This document shows positions 40,171-51,646 of a stretch of 64,000 nucleotides of DNA, piece after piece. The position numbers were made by a program, and so were the translations under genes. The DNA comes from Batkoa obscura. Lineage: Eukaryota. The DNA lies in contig JASVEC010000026.1 in the NCBI GenBank assembly GCA_030770535.1, positions 434,001-498,000 on the forward strand, given 5' to 3'. Each line of letters opens with the position of its first letter. Within the stretch, counting starts at the first letter, position 1. The notes under the pieces are model-generated. The model searched no databases. It was not told the DNA's origin and worked only from the letters and a program-made list of their open reading frames with translations.

Positions 40171-40327
40171 ATATTTCAATTAATTTTGGTCAAACTCGAT
40201 TTTTTTTGTAATTTGCTAAATAAAGTATTAGCTAATAAAAAAATGTTCTTATATCGATTCAATTATTTAAATCAAATTCAAACATTGAAATTTATTTCTT
40301 TTAACATTTTAAGTTGAATTTTCATAA

Positions 40328-41176
40328 ATGGTACGTGTCTTTGATAAACCTGGACAATCGAAATTATATGGATCAATAGATTATTTGATAGATTTTATGG
40401 AAGTGAATAAGTTACTCTTATCAAGCTATAGCGATATAGAAACAATTTATCCAGACCAAAGTTTAGGAGCTTTTTTCTTTAAGAATTATATACAAATAAT
40501 GAGTTATGAAGAATCACAAGAAAGACAAAAGGATTTTAGAAAGTTTCATATTGAACGCGAGGACTCTATAACTGAAGGTGAAAGTGGCATGTTTCGATTT
40601 TTCGTATATAATGATAAAAGTTATTACCTTAAACAAGATTTGAATAGTGCTGCTTTAATAACAGATTTTCCTGGACTTTTAAGGTATACAAATCATTTTT
40701 ATCATAATAACAAAACTAAAGCAGTCAAGGTTGGAGACGAGCTTCAAATCCCTAAAGTAGATTATAATTGTGAAGAAAATATTGGCATAAAAGAAATTGA
40801 AGAAAAGATAGGATGGAGTTTATTTTGTGATGCTTTAAACTTAAAGTTGGACTTTTATTATTTAAAAACAAAAAGTATATTAGAATTATATTTTCTATCA
40901 ATATGTAAGGATTTAATCGCTGTAAGAATTTTAAACGTTGTTGATTATTCTGTTGATCCCTTTATCAATACTGACATTAAGTTAGTTAATAAAAAGATAG
41001 TTGAAATAGGTTTCAGTGATGATTGTGAATTTAAATATACTCCAGAATTATTTAAGTTTAAAGATGAAGTATTTTCAGTTGTAGAATATTGTCCTCATTA
41101 TTATACAGTTAACAGTTCTAATGCAAAAAATATTGACACTTATTTAATATCATACATGTCTCATATATTCAAATAA
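40328..41176 (+). CDS. Hypothetical protein, 282 aa, intronless orphan
   Basis: Uninterrupted 849-bp ORF in AT-rich DNA; no family recognised. Confidence 0.7.
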   Translation: MVRVFDKPGQSKLYGSIDYLIDFMEVNKLLLSSYSDIETIYPDQSLGAFFFKNYIQIMSYEESQERQKDFRKFHIEREDSITEGESGMFRFFVYNDKSYYLKQDLNSAALITDFPGLLRYTNHFYHNNKTKAVKVGDELQIPKVDYNCEENIGIKEIEEKIGWSLFCDALNLKLDFYYLKTKSILELYFLSICKDLIAVRILNVVDYSVDPFINTDIKLVNKKIVEIGFSDDCEFKYTPELFKFKDEVFSVVEYCPHYYTVNSSNAKNIDTYLISYMSHIFK

Positions 41177-41185
41177 ATAACAAAT

Positions 41186-41283
41186 GAGGATGTTTTTTTT
41201 GGTTTGATTACTTTTCCATTTTTTAAGCGCTATTTGAGTAGAAAAATCGCTAGTAAAATTCTTAAACAAAAAAAAACATCCCC
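41186..41283 (+). mobile_element. MITE family A copy, TSD AAAT
   Basis: AAAT at 41182-41185 and 41284-41287. Confidence 0.85.
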
Positions 41284-41606
41284 AAATAGTATCAGGTACT
41301 TTTATCTAAATTTCTATAAACTAAAAAGATTTATTTATACAATGTTTCAGTTATTACATAAACATATTATGTATGAGTAATATATTAAAATGATATTAAA
41401 GTTGCTTCTGGGCACCCTTTTCTAGAGTGGAGATATTAGAACATATCACTGTAAGGTATATTTTAATAACGTATATAAAAATAAATACATAAAGTTTGCT
41501 TAATTCTTTATGGTAATTTATTCTCTAAACTTATTCAAATTAAAAGCTTATTAAGTTAAATCTATATAAAATTATTATTATTCCTTTATATAAGCTATAA
41601 CAAATG

Positions 41607-42017
41607 TTTTTGAACTCCATTATTTTACCTTTAAGGTGACTGAATCTTCTTACTCTCAATTGTCCTTATCTTGGATCAATCTCCAACCTTTTCGCTAACC
41701 CTTTGTTAAGGATACTGATCTGTGGGCCATTTACACACAATACACTAAGTTCTCTTCCAAATCCATCTCAGCTCCCTCTTCTGCGCTCTTGTTTATTCTT
41801 AATGGCTGTAAAACTTTGAACCAATATGAGTTTATCTCAGTATCTTACACTCTTCCTATATTGAAAGCTGGTTGCTCTACCTTGAAATATCTCCTTAAAA
41901 CTTAGTTTAGTTATTGCATTTCCTACGCACTCACCTATTTTCACCTCTTATTAAATTTTTTATCTCGCAGTAATGAAGGTACTCAGGTTTCATTGGTCCT
42001 TTAAGATTTTAAAAAAA
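41607..42017 (+). mobile_element. 5'-truncated non-LTR retroelement (LINE-like) 3' end
   Basis: C/T-rich insert with a near-open frame, short poly(A) at 42011-42019, and a 15-bp direct repeat AAGCTATAACAAATG (41592-41606) / AAGCTTTAACAAATG (42018-42032). Confidence 0.6.
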
Positions 42018-42262
42018 AAGCTTTAACAAATGAAACACTATTGAACTTAAATCCAAAGCTCGTGATTGTAAATTAATATATTATCGTGTTTATTTAAAAG
42101 TTATTCTCCACTTTATTACTGAAAAACGCCGGAATTACCTATAAAAGCCAACTTCTAACACAAGTTGCTAAGATTTGATTTATTCAAATAATCAAAAAAT
42201 ATAAAAACCGCTTTAAACTCTTTTAAACTCAAAGGCTCATTTTAAACTTTAGACTTCAAAAA

Positions 42263-43348
42263 ATGACAAAACCTAGCGAACCTTATGAATACGATACATC
42301 AGTAGAGCCATTAGCATATACCAAAGAGCAAGTGTTCCAATATTTGAATAGGATCCAATATTTCAATGAAGGAGAGGGACAAGCACTGCCTGAATTGAGC
42401 TTACAAACTTTACAAAAGATACAAACTAGACACTTACATTCTATTCCATATGGAAACACTTCTTTCTTTTATTATAACGAACTTGATCAGAAAGATAAAA
42501 ATCAGAATGCTCCAACAGATCCAAATAACCCATTAACAACTAAAGGAGTTAGCCTTCATCCTTTGGATATTTTTAAAAAATTGGTTACAGAAGAAAGAGA
42601 TGGCTATTGTTATGAACACAATATTTTATTTTCTCATGTACTTGCCAACTTGGGATTCAATAACTATATAGTAGGTGCACGTACAGCTGATCAGGCTTTA
42701 TTTGCAAAAGAAAAGAAAGTTGTGATGACTGGATTAAGACATTGTGCCATTATTGCTGAATTAAATAATCAAAGATATTTATTAGATGTTGGTTTTAATT
42801 CAATTGGCAATTTTCAACCTGTTCCTATCTTTGATCAAGTTATCGAAGATCCAGAATGTGAACTTGTTCCACTTCCAGATAATACCCATTTACAAGTAGT
42901 ACGTAGATATCCACCAGGCCAAAAGCATCTATCTGCTATGATCCCACCGTTATACTTAGCTCGTACTTTAGTACCAGCTTATAAATTGGATGAAAGTTTA
43001 GTTGGAAAAGAAGAAGGAAAAGAGAACATTTGGCATCCACTCTTCTTTTTTACTTTTTCCCCCTTTTTCCCTAAAGATATAGCACATATCAACTATTACG
43101 TAGTTATGGATCAAACAAACGTCTTTAATGAGCACCTCATTATTAGAAAATACATGCAAGAACCCAAAGGTACTATGGCTAGAGTTTTTGATAATCAATT
43201 GAAACTTATTGCCTTAGATGGGACAGTTCAAAGGATTCATTTGGGAGATGAGAAAGGTAGAAGAGAAGCACTCAAGAAATATTTTAATGTGGACTTATCA
43301 AGTCTTAAAGAGGTTATTCCTCCTTCTTTTGTTACTTTTGATAATTAA
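42263..43348 (+). CDS. Arylamine N-acetyltransferase
   Basis: H..SIPYGN, RDGYCYEHN (Cys), RHCAII (His), LLDVGF (Asp) catalytic triad motifs. Confidence 0.92.
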   Translation: MTKPSEPYEYDTSVEPLAYTKEQVFQYLNRIQYFNEGEGQALPELSLQTLQKIQTRHLHSIPYGNTSFFYYNELDQKDKNQNAPTDPNNPLTTKGVSLHPLDIFKKLVTEERDGYCYEHNILFSHVLANLGFNNYIVGARTADQALFAKEKKVVMTGLRHCAIIAELNNQRYLLDVGFNSIGNFQPVPIFDQVIEDPECELVPLPDNTHLQVVRRYPPGQKHLSAMIPPLYLARTLVPAYKLDESLVGKEEGKENIWHPLFFFTFSPFFPKDIAHINYYVVMDQTNVFNEHLIIRKYMQEPKGTMARVFDNQLKLIALDGTVQRIHLGDEKGRREALKKYFNVDLSSLKEVIPPSFVTFDN

Positions 43349-43508
43349 TAAAGAGTAATGTTAGATTGAAGAAAAAGTTTATTGATATACCGATGATAGT
43401 AATAAAGCTTTATGTGTTTTTATTGATGAAAAATGATTATTTACAATAGGTAATTAACAATTTTAATATAAATAGAGCCTAAATTTCTCTTATTGTTAAG
43501 TTGCTTTT

Positions 43509-43807
43509 CTATACACGGTCACTACAGCTCTGTAAAATATCAAATGGTAAAATATTTCTATATCCATATCATGAAAAATTTGCACATTTCTTTGCATTCT
43601 TATCATAGTAGTATTTGGTAGCCATGTTTTTGTACTTCTCTGGATGTGAATCCGCATTGCATTTCGCGGGTGATCAGAATTTGTTATTTAATCTGTTAGC
43701 TCATTTATCATTACTGTACCCATTGTTTTAATGTTAGATTCGAAGTTGAATCCAAGATAAAATAGGAAAACAGTAAGATGATTGTAACATAAAACCTTAA
43801 ACTAATT
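43509..43807 (-). pseudogene. Kunitz/BPTI-like secreted protein pseudogene
   Basis: Minus-strand KCNADSHPEKYKNMATKYYYDKNAKKCANFS*YGYRNILPFDILQSCSDR keeps Kunitz spacing; upstream hydrophobic leader FYVTIILLFSYFIL is frameshifted. Confidence 0.65.
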
Positions 43808-44341
43808 GTTTACTATATCAACTCACATCTACGGAGTTTTTTTATTTTTTAGAATGCTTTTATTAAACAGTTATAAACAGCATATTACTCAAAACTAGCT
43901 ATACATAGTATAGTTTTTAAATTGTTTACGATTAATAATTATACATTTTTACTATGAACAAAGAGTCCAAAAAAAAGAGATAGTAATACAATAATTAAAA
44001 AACTGGAAAAAAAGTAAAGTGAGTAGACAATAATGTTGAAATATAACAACGCTTGAGATATAAATGCTGATATATATAAACTAGTTGTTTCCTAAACTTT
44101 ACACTTAATATAAAATAAATGCAATAAGTTGTTAATGCTTCAGTTATTATGTAGGATAGTATACCGTTGTTTTAAAATTTTATTACTGTTACTCTAACAT
44201 TTAACAATAGCTTGTATTTAAAGATGGTTAAAAAAATATTAATCAGAACTAAAGTACAACAAACCTGTTTTTACTTAATCAACAAAAAGACAATCTATAT
44301 TTTTTATAGGTTAAAATTTTATTTCAATATCTAGTCGCTGT

Positions 44342-46060
44342 CTAATATTTGCTTTTGCATTTTTGCTTTTTAGCAATTTTAGTTTGTTCATAAACCCCTT
44401 TAGAGACATCAGATGAATCACTAAAATTCATGTTATATCCTGGAATAGCGGTAGGTTTTTCACCAGCAACTTCACTAGCTGTTTGAGAGCTAATTCCAGC
44501 TTTGGTAGCAGTTACAGTTACTGAACTAGCTCCAGTTCCGACACTAATTTCAGTTGTTGGACTAATCATGGTTTTGTTAGCAGCTTCAGTTGCTGCGCCA
44601 GTACTACCTTTAGTACTAGTTTCGGTACTACTTACAGTTGCTGAACTAGCACTAGTGCTGGTAGCAGTGGATTTTGCATCACTTTGAATTTCACTTCTTG
44701 ATGAACCAGAGCAAGATTTTAAATCTTTCTTTGAAGGTAAAGCAACTTTACTAGCGAATCCTTCAAAATCACATTGAGCTCCTTTATTAACTGCATTTTG
44801 CATTATAATAGAACTACGTACAGTAGAGTTACAGAATGAAAATGGACCATAGACAGCTTTGGCAGTATCAGTAGAAACATCATCGCAGACTCCATTGGTA
44901 CAAGTGTAGCCAAAGATTTTACCTAATTTCTCACCACTTTCTTTCAATAAACCTTTAGAGTTGATTTGACATTCAACGGACTGTAAAGCACAAGCACAGA
45001 CATCATCTGATGGTGTTAATGGGAGCTTTTCAGAAGCTTTCCAAGTTTCGTTAACAGGAGGACATTTAACAGTTTTGGTTTCTGGAGTATAAGCATTTTT
45101 TTTTATTAACTTTGGTTTAGCTTCAGAATAATGTTTCTTTACTACTTCAAAATCAGGCAATAAATCTACTTTATTACCATTGATCTTAACCAAACCATAA
45201 TCATTGTCTTCTTGACTATATTCATAAACAATACCACCAGAAAGTACTTCGCTCATTTCTTTATAAAGCGGTTTAGCTTCTCCAAAGCTTCTTGGTTTAA
45301 CTACATTACAACCATATTCAGATAAAATACTTGGAATACCTAATTCTGCCATTTCTTTAACTTTGATATCATAACCTGATTTTTGCATATCAGATTCACC
45401 ACACCAAGAATAGATATTAATACCATAAAAATCAGCTTTATCTTCTTGTTTACCACAAGCAAAGAAATCTTGAACATTCTTACGGATAGTTGGATCATCA
45501 TTGTTAGCATAACCAACAGGGATAACACGAGGTTTAGTTTTAATATAAGCCTTAATATCTCTTAAAGCTGCTTTGACATGGCCTGAAGAAGGAGTGTTTG
45601 TTTTATCATTATTAACTTCATTACCAGCAAAAAATCCAAGTACATTATTATATTTGGAAAATACATCAATCTTTTGTTTATAAAAATTATAGACGGTAGT
45701 ATCATAAGCTGGCTGATTACGATCAATTGAAACATTAGGGATTGGAAGATCTAGTAACACATAAATGCCAGCTTCATCTAATAATTTCATACATTCATCA
45801 TGGCTCTTATTACTATAAGTTTCATATACACGAATGGTATTAGTACCTAAAGCTTTCAAATGTGGTATATCCCTTTTGCAACCAGCAACATCAGCTAAAG
45901 GATCATAGTTACCCCCAGCTCTTGGCTGATAAGCTACACCTTTCATAAAGAATTGATCTCCAGTTACTGAATCAAAGAACTTGGAGCCTTTAATCTCAAT
46001 AGGGTTTAAAGCGAATAATAAGCTTGGAAGAGTAAGATAATAAAATAAAGTTGGAATCAT
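44342..46060 (-). CDS. GH72 beta-1,3-glucanosyltransferase (Gas/Gel) with X8-like Cys box and Ser/Thr tail
   Basis: Signal peptide, KGVAYQP, NTIRVY, FFAGNEV, SEYGCN, SGGIVYEY. Confidence 0.95.
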   Translation of the reverse strand: MIPTLFYYLTLPSLLFALNPIEIKGSKFFDSVTGDQFFMKGVAYQPRAGGNYDPLADVAGCKRDIPHLKALGTNTIRVYETYSNKSHDECMKLLDEAGIYVLLDLPIPNVSIDRNQPAYDTTVYNFYKQKIDVFSKYNNVLGFFAGNEVNNDKTNTPSSGHVKAALRDIKAYIKTKPRVIPVGYANNDDPTIRKNVQDFFACGKQEDKADFYGINIYSWCGESDMQKSGYDIKVKEMAELGIPSILSEYGCNVVKPRSFGEAKPLYKEMSEVLSGGIVYEYSQEDNDYGLVKINGNKVDLLPDFEVVKKHYSEAKPKLIKKNAYTPETKTVKCPPVNETWKASEKLPLTPSDDVCACALQSVECQINSKGLLKESGEKLGKIFGYTCTNGVCDDVSTDTAKAVYGPFSFCNSTVRSSIIMQNAVNKGAQCDFEGFASKVALPSKKDLKSCSGSSRSEIQSDAKSTATSTSASSATVSSTETSTKGSTGAATEAANKTMISPTTEISVGTGASSVTVTATKAGISSQTASEVAGEKPTAIPGYNMNFSDSSDVSKGVYEQTKIAKKQKCKSKY

Positions 46061-47539
46061 TGTTCAATTGATTAGTTGTAGGCTTTCTAATATTAAGTTA
46101 TGTAAAGTACAAATATATAAAAGTAGTTTGTTGAGTTAACATCTACTTAGGCCTCCCTTTATATACCTCGTCCTTTACTTTACTTTTTCTAAATAGATTT
46201 GAGCTACTTTATTTAGCAGTTATCAATTCCCCTTTTGCTTAGTTCAACTTTATAATTTTTAGTAAATTTGTAGTTCTCATTATTAAATTCGCTGGATTTA
46301 ATCAAACTAGGTAATTCTATCAAGCGTAAATTTAATAATTACATGATTTCACAATAAAGTAGTTGTAATATTCTCTACCTTAATATAAAGTTACTGTTGG
46401 TCTTGCAGTTCTATTCAAATACCTAGATAGTTTGGAAGTTAGTTATAAGTTACAATGTCCTTTAACTCAATACAAACCTAATATTGATTTTACAGTCTTA
46501 TCTAAATAAGTTAGAATCGATTTATAAGTTATAATATTTCTGAATACACGCCTCTTCCGATGCTCTTTCATACTTAAGAACTCTACCTTCTCTTAATACA
46601 CCTCACCTTGATTCTAAATTCAATTTTTTAAACTAATAAATGACATAAGGCTTGTTCTTAAAATTTGAAAAAGTTACCTAACGGTATTAACTTACTATTG
46701 ATCTTGTGCCCTTATTTGAACGCTTGGGTGTTTGGTATCTGCTTATAAGTCGTAATATTCTCTACTTCGGTATAAATTTATTGTTAATCTTGTAGCTTTA
46801 TTTGAATATTCGAATAATTTAGAGTTTATTTATAAGCCCTAATTAATTATAAATTACAGACTAATTAATTAGTAAGCTTAATTAATTTTTAATAGCACCT
46901 AAAAATAATTACTTTATTTGTTATATTTTAATTCGCTAAAGCAGTAGTGGTTTGAATTTTAAAAAAAATAGTAATAAATTTGAATCTCAAAAATAATATA
47001 ATTGCCAAAATAGATAAAATACTATTCTAAAATAATGTAAGTTTATAATAACAAAGTCGTTATTCAATATATAAATTTATTTTTATCGAAACATTTCTGA
47101 TAAAAAGTTACCAACAAGAAGTGAATATATTTTAATATTATTCTCAATTACAAATTAAATAATAGTATTATATTATTATCATCTATTACAGTGACCTCAT
47201 AAAGTTTCGCTAAATTTCAAGTATCTAATTTTAAAGACTAATTTCTCAGTATTGGTAATTAAAAGCTCATATTTTTTTACGCTTGTATTTGGTAGGTATC
47301 TTTTAATATGTGTATAGAATATAGTCCTCATATATTCAATGTGGAATAAAATATTTAACTTTATTTAAAAATTAGAAAATAGGATAGTTTTTGAGGACAC
47401 TATACATTATATTACTAATCAAATTTCTCATACAATTTCTTTCTTGATTTTATAATGAAAGCTCTATTATATTCCAAAACTTTCAGAATTTGATCAGCCA
47501 CGGATAGTCATTTTCATTACATATTTCAGTACATTGTTC

Positions 47540-47735
47540 CAAACTACCAAATGGTACTTTGACTCGGCAGCCACCATATATATCCTTTTTACGGGACTTT
47601 ATGTAGATTTGTAATGTTATCGAATAAAAAGTCCTCAACAGCCCCCTTATTCTTTGGTCCAGAAGAACCGTGGGAGTAGGCTATGATCTGAAACTAATAT
47701 GGCTATTACTTTATCAATTAATCTATTAATACCTT
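47540..47735 (+). pseudogene. Possible Ty1/copia protease remnant
   Basis: KWYFDSAAT at ~47549-47575 resembles the copia W-x-L-D-S-G-A-T motif; TLSINLL downstream. Confidence 0.3.
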
Positions 47736-48346
47736 ATTGATCTAGACTAGGCATAAACAAATGAATGGCAACAATTAAGTGATTAGTAGAAAACTATTAT
47801 TCAGTTCATTCAACATTGGCTAAAAGCTGAATATTTTTTTTTGGAAATGTGTGCCTAAGGCAATATTTATAACATCAACTCAATAGTTATTAAGGAAGGA
47901 CTTAATTAGAAAAAATCATGAGCTAGGAGACTATAATAGCTATTATAAAACAAATCATCTTAAAGATAAGCTAATGAATATGAGACTATGGCTTTTCTAT
48001 TAAATTAAAAATAATAGAGATACAAGTTGCATAATTTTTATGTTTTTTCATTTAATATTTGTGTTTTTAAATCCATTAGTAAATATAAGAAACAGGGCTA
48101 ACTTAATACCTATATTTACTTGAAAGCTATCAACTTCAGCTAATACACGCAGAATATTTTACAGGGTTGACATGACTTTTGTGATCATTTTTGAAAAAGC
48201 TATAATTATATTAAAAATTAAAAAATAGGAACTTCTGTTGTATTGTTAAAGATCAGCTTTAAAATAATACTGTAATTTGCTTTTATTTAAAATATTATAA
48301 ATTACCAAAATCATTAATATTAAAACAAAAGCCTGTCAATATATAT

Positions 48347-48444
48347 AAGAAGATGGTTTTTTGTTTATAAATTTTACTAACAACTTTTTCACTCAAATAA
48401 CATTAAAAAATAAAAAAAGTGATAAAACTAGAAAAAACGCTCTT
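48347..48444 (-). mobile_element. Degenerate MITE family A copy
   Basis: Core ATTTTACTAACAACTTTTTCACTCAAATA retained; ends decayed. Confidence 0.6.
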
Positions 48445-48589
48445 ATAGTTAATGTTTTTAAGCTTTTTGTAATTTTAAAGTTTTAAATAAATTTACATAT
48501 AAACTAATAAAATAATAATAAATAAAAAATCACTATAACAAAACTATATAAAATTAATAAAACATAATAACCAGAGCTTGTTTATATAT

Positions 48590-48685
48590 GGGGATGTTTT
48601 TTTTTGGCTTCATTATTTTTTCCACTTTTTAAGCGTTATTTCAGTGGAAAGATTATTAGTAAAATACTTAAACACAAAAATAAAT
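48590..48685 (+). mobile_element. MITE family A copy with damaged right end
   Basis: ATAT followed by GGGGATGTTTT...; consensus interior. Confidence 0.8.
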
Positions 48686-49044
48686 GTTAAAAAATATTAA
48701 AATTAGGCTTTTAATAATAAATTAAACTTTAAAAGTTTTTTTTAATATATACTGCTATTACAGCTTTAATAATATTAATTTTAAAAGTTATTATTATTAT
48801 TTTTATTTTTATTTTTATTCTTTATTTATTATTTTTAAATTTTAAAAATAACTTTAAGTTTTCTAAAAACACTTAAAGAAGCTATATCAACTTTATATAT
48901 ATATGATTTTATTATAAAGTTATTTAAATAATACTTTAATTACTTAAATTATTTAATAATAATAATATTATAATATTATTAAATTTTAATTCAGTTTAAT
49001 ATTTATTTAAACTTGCATTTTTAAATAAAAAACTTTTTTAGTAT

Positions 49045-49144
49045 GAAAAGGTGTTTTTTTGATTTTTTGATTTTTACTATTTTTTAAACATTATTTAAGC
49101 AAAAAAATTATTAATAAAATTATTGAACAAAAAAATATATCTTT
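49045..49144 (+). mobile_element. Highly degenerate MITE family A copy
   Basis: AT-shifted version of the consensus. Confidence 0.5.
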
Positions 49145-49228
49145 ATAACTATTTTGTTTTAAAAATTCCAAAATTCAGCTTATTTAGCTTCTTAGCATTA
49201 TTTGAATAAATATTATTAAATATATAGG

Positions 49229-49777
49229 TGTGAGAGTTGGTACTCAGTGGTAGGAGTTGAAGGCAGTTCTTGCTTAATTAACTAGCCTTGAATCGAACGA
49301 TCTTAGTTCATATAACTAGGATAGACTTAAATCAATAGGAATAGTGCGCAATAGGCTATGAACTATGTAAAGCAAATAGAATAGAAGATACTACTGTATA
49401 ATCTACGTAAGATATTGTCAGAAAGACTCAGTGGCTTTATTAATAGTACGATATCAGGGAGTAATTCAGTTAAAAAGCCTCGAGTTATCATGTTGAAGAA
49501 TCTCTTTTATACTCTAACTGGGTAGCTATATGTAAGGAATATGATAACACCTATTCCTTATTATATTTGCTAAATATGGAGATTAAAACGTGAACAATAA
49601 GTTCTTCATGATTAGGCGGTAGGAATTCTCACAGTAAATCTAAATAAGGAGCTTTGGATTGATTATATCACATGAATCACGGCCAAATTGAATACAAGGT
49701 TACAACTAGTTTTGCAAATAAGTTAAGTGGCTATTATGTGATAATCAATTATAGAGCTGATGAAGCAATATTTCACA
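49229..49777 (+). mobile_element. LTR-like repeat (solo-LTR candidate)
   Basis: Starts TGTGAGA, ends TTTCACA; inverted match to 6819-7277, with ~100 extra bp (49516-49620). Confidence 0.55.
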
Positions 49778-50185
49778 GCTTAAGCATTGTAAATAACAAC
49801 TTTGGCATGTTTCAGCTTTACTTTCATTAAAAATCTTAGTGTAAAGATTTTTTTACTTTTTATTACTAACATCAAACTTATCAGAAATTACTAAAACATT
49901 AATTATTGCTACTAGCTTTTAAGCATTATATATTAATTTCACTTCATTTGCTTTCAATCCTGGCTTTTCTGCTTTTCTAATCTTTTTTATATCTTTGTTG
50001 AGTTGGATTTTGTTGTGGTTTAAAAAATGCTCCTGGATTTCCTAAAGGCTCAAAGACTGAAGAAAGCTGAGAAATTTTTAGACAAAATTCTTTTATTTAG
50101 CTAATCAATCTGACTCATTTGACCTTTATGACAAGATTAGGGGTTATAGCCTTATTTATTCATTTTTATCTGATCAATAAAACAC

Positions 50186-51646
50186 TTGGGCTTTGGCTTT
50201 CAAGAATTAAAAAAAAGATTGAACCTTTTTCATAATCTTATACTAAGATATCATCAATATTTCATCTATTACTCAATACTTTTTTTAGATGATATATTTA
50301 AGTTATTATACTTAATTGAGTTATTTGAGTTACCCACTTTAAGCAAATATTTACTCAAAACTATAAATCGAGTCATCAAATACAATTTAACTTATTCAGT
50401 TAACTGTGATTTTAAGGAATATAAATTTTATCAAGAGAAGTTTATTAATGAAAATGGGATATTGATGAGACATATAAAGATAGATAATGATAACATTGAA
50501 CAACTAAATTATCGTCCAAATGTACATTCTACAAAATATACATATTGCCCTTTTGATAATTATATAATACCAAACCCTACAATAACTCAAAAGTCAATGA
50601 TAGTTTATCAAAGTTATCAAAATTGACTATAGTGACTGTTAATTATTTACAATCATCAGAGTTATTTGAAAAGTATCTAAAACAAGTTGAGATACTTGAA
50701 ATCATTGAAAATGACACTATGATTATTGAAGAGTTTACAAAATATTTAAATTAAAATAAACTAAAGTCGCTTATACTACATATGGTATGTATTTTGAGCT
50801 TGATGGTTTAGACGTTAACAAGAAGGCATTCAAGAATTCAAAGTTGCTGAATTTGGAGCCAGAGCATTTCGTCCTTACTTCTGCTGAAACGAATGCCAAC
50901 ACAAATTTCAACGCTAAATTAGAGTTAGAAACTAATAGAAATTATGACAATAATTTCGATATCAAATGTTTTGGTGATTTAAGATAACTAAAAGTGTGCA
51001 ATTTTTAAGTGATAATAGTATGCATATTGAAGCTGATAAAGATGATTTTCAAATAAAACTAACGAGAAGTAGTGATGTTATTGCATTAGGCTATTTCAAC
51101 CCACTACTTTACAATCCCTCTAATGACAATTCTTTAAAGCTATCAACTTCGAAAAAAAATTATGTTTTTACTTTATCAGATGAATCATTAAACATGATTT
51201 CATTGTTATCAAATATTCAAGCTATCCATATTGAAAGATTAAAATTTAATACCAGAATTATATTTGATAAAGAAGATTTAGATCAAAAGGATTTTTTTGG
51301 TGATATGACATACAATCAAATTAGATATAGGGATGTATTTTTTTGTTCAAGAATTTTATGATAGCCTTTCCACTCAAATAGCGTTTAAAAAATGGAAAAA
51401 GTGATGAAACCAAAAAAAACACCTCTATATAAATTTATTAAAAAAATTACAATTGGTCAATTTAATTTTATACCTAAAGATTTTTTTTGCCTCTTATTTC
51501 TTTTCCTGAATCTTCAAGTACTTAAAGTCAACACTTTCAACTTAATAAGCTTACACACAGAGGCTAATTATACCCTTGTTACCCCTCTACTTTTTATAGC
51601 AGCTATTACACCTGACATAAATGAAGTGTTTTATAATAGATTATAA
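50186..51646 (+). pseudogene. Disrupted hypothetical gene with several stops and a MITE insertion
   Basis: Chain of same-strand ORF fragments; removing the MITE at 51329-51426 rejoins QIRY to KFIKKITIG. Confidence 0.6.
51329..51426 (-). mobile_element. MITE family A copy, TSD ATAT, inside a coding remnant
   Basis: ATAT at 51325-51328 and 51427-51430. Confidence 0.85.

Noticed and set aside
43509..43720. TGA read as Trp (alternative genetic code) to rescue the Kunitz frame
   Set aside because: The Amun-like gene ends in TGA, intact genes use TGG for Trp, and the locus also has lost cysteines and a frameshift.
49236..49300. tRNA A-box-like TACTCAGTGGTAG
   Set aside because: No B-box or cloverleaf; it lies inside the LTR-like repeat.
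49900..50080. Minus-strand coding-like fragment (VFEPLGNPGAFFKPQQNP...)
   Set aside because: Multiple stops and too short to assign.
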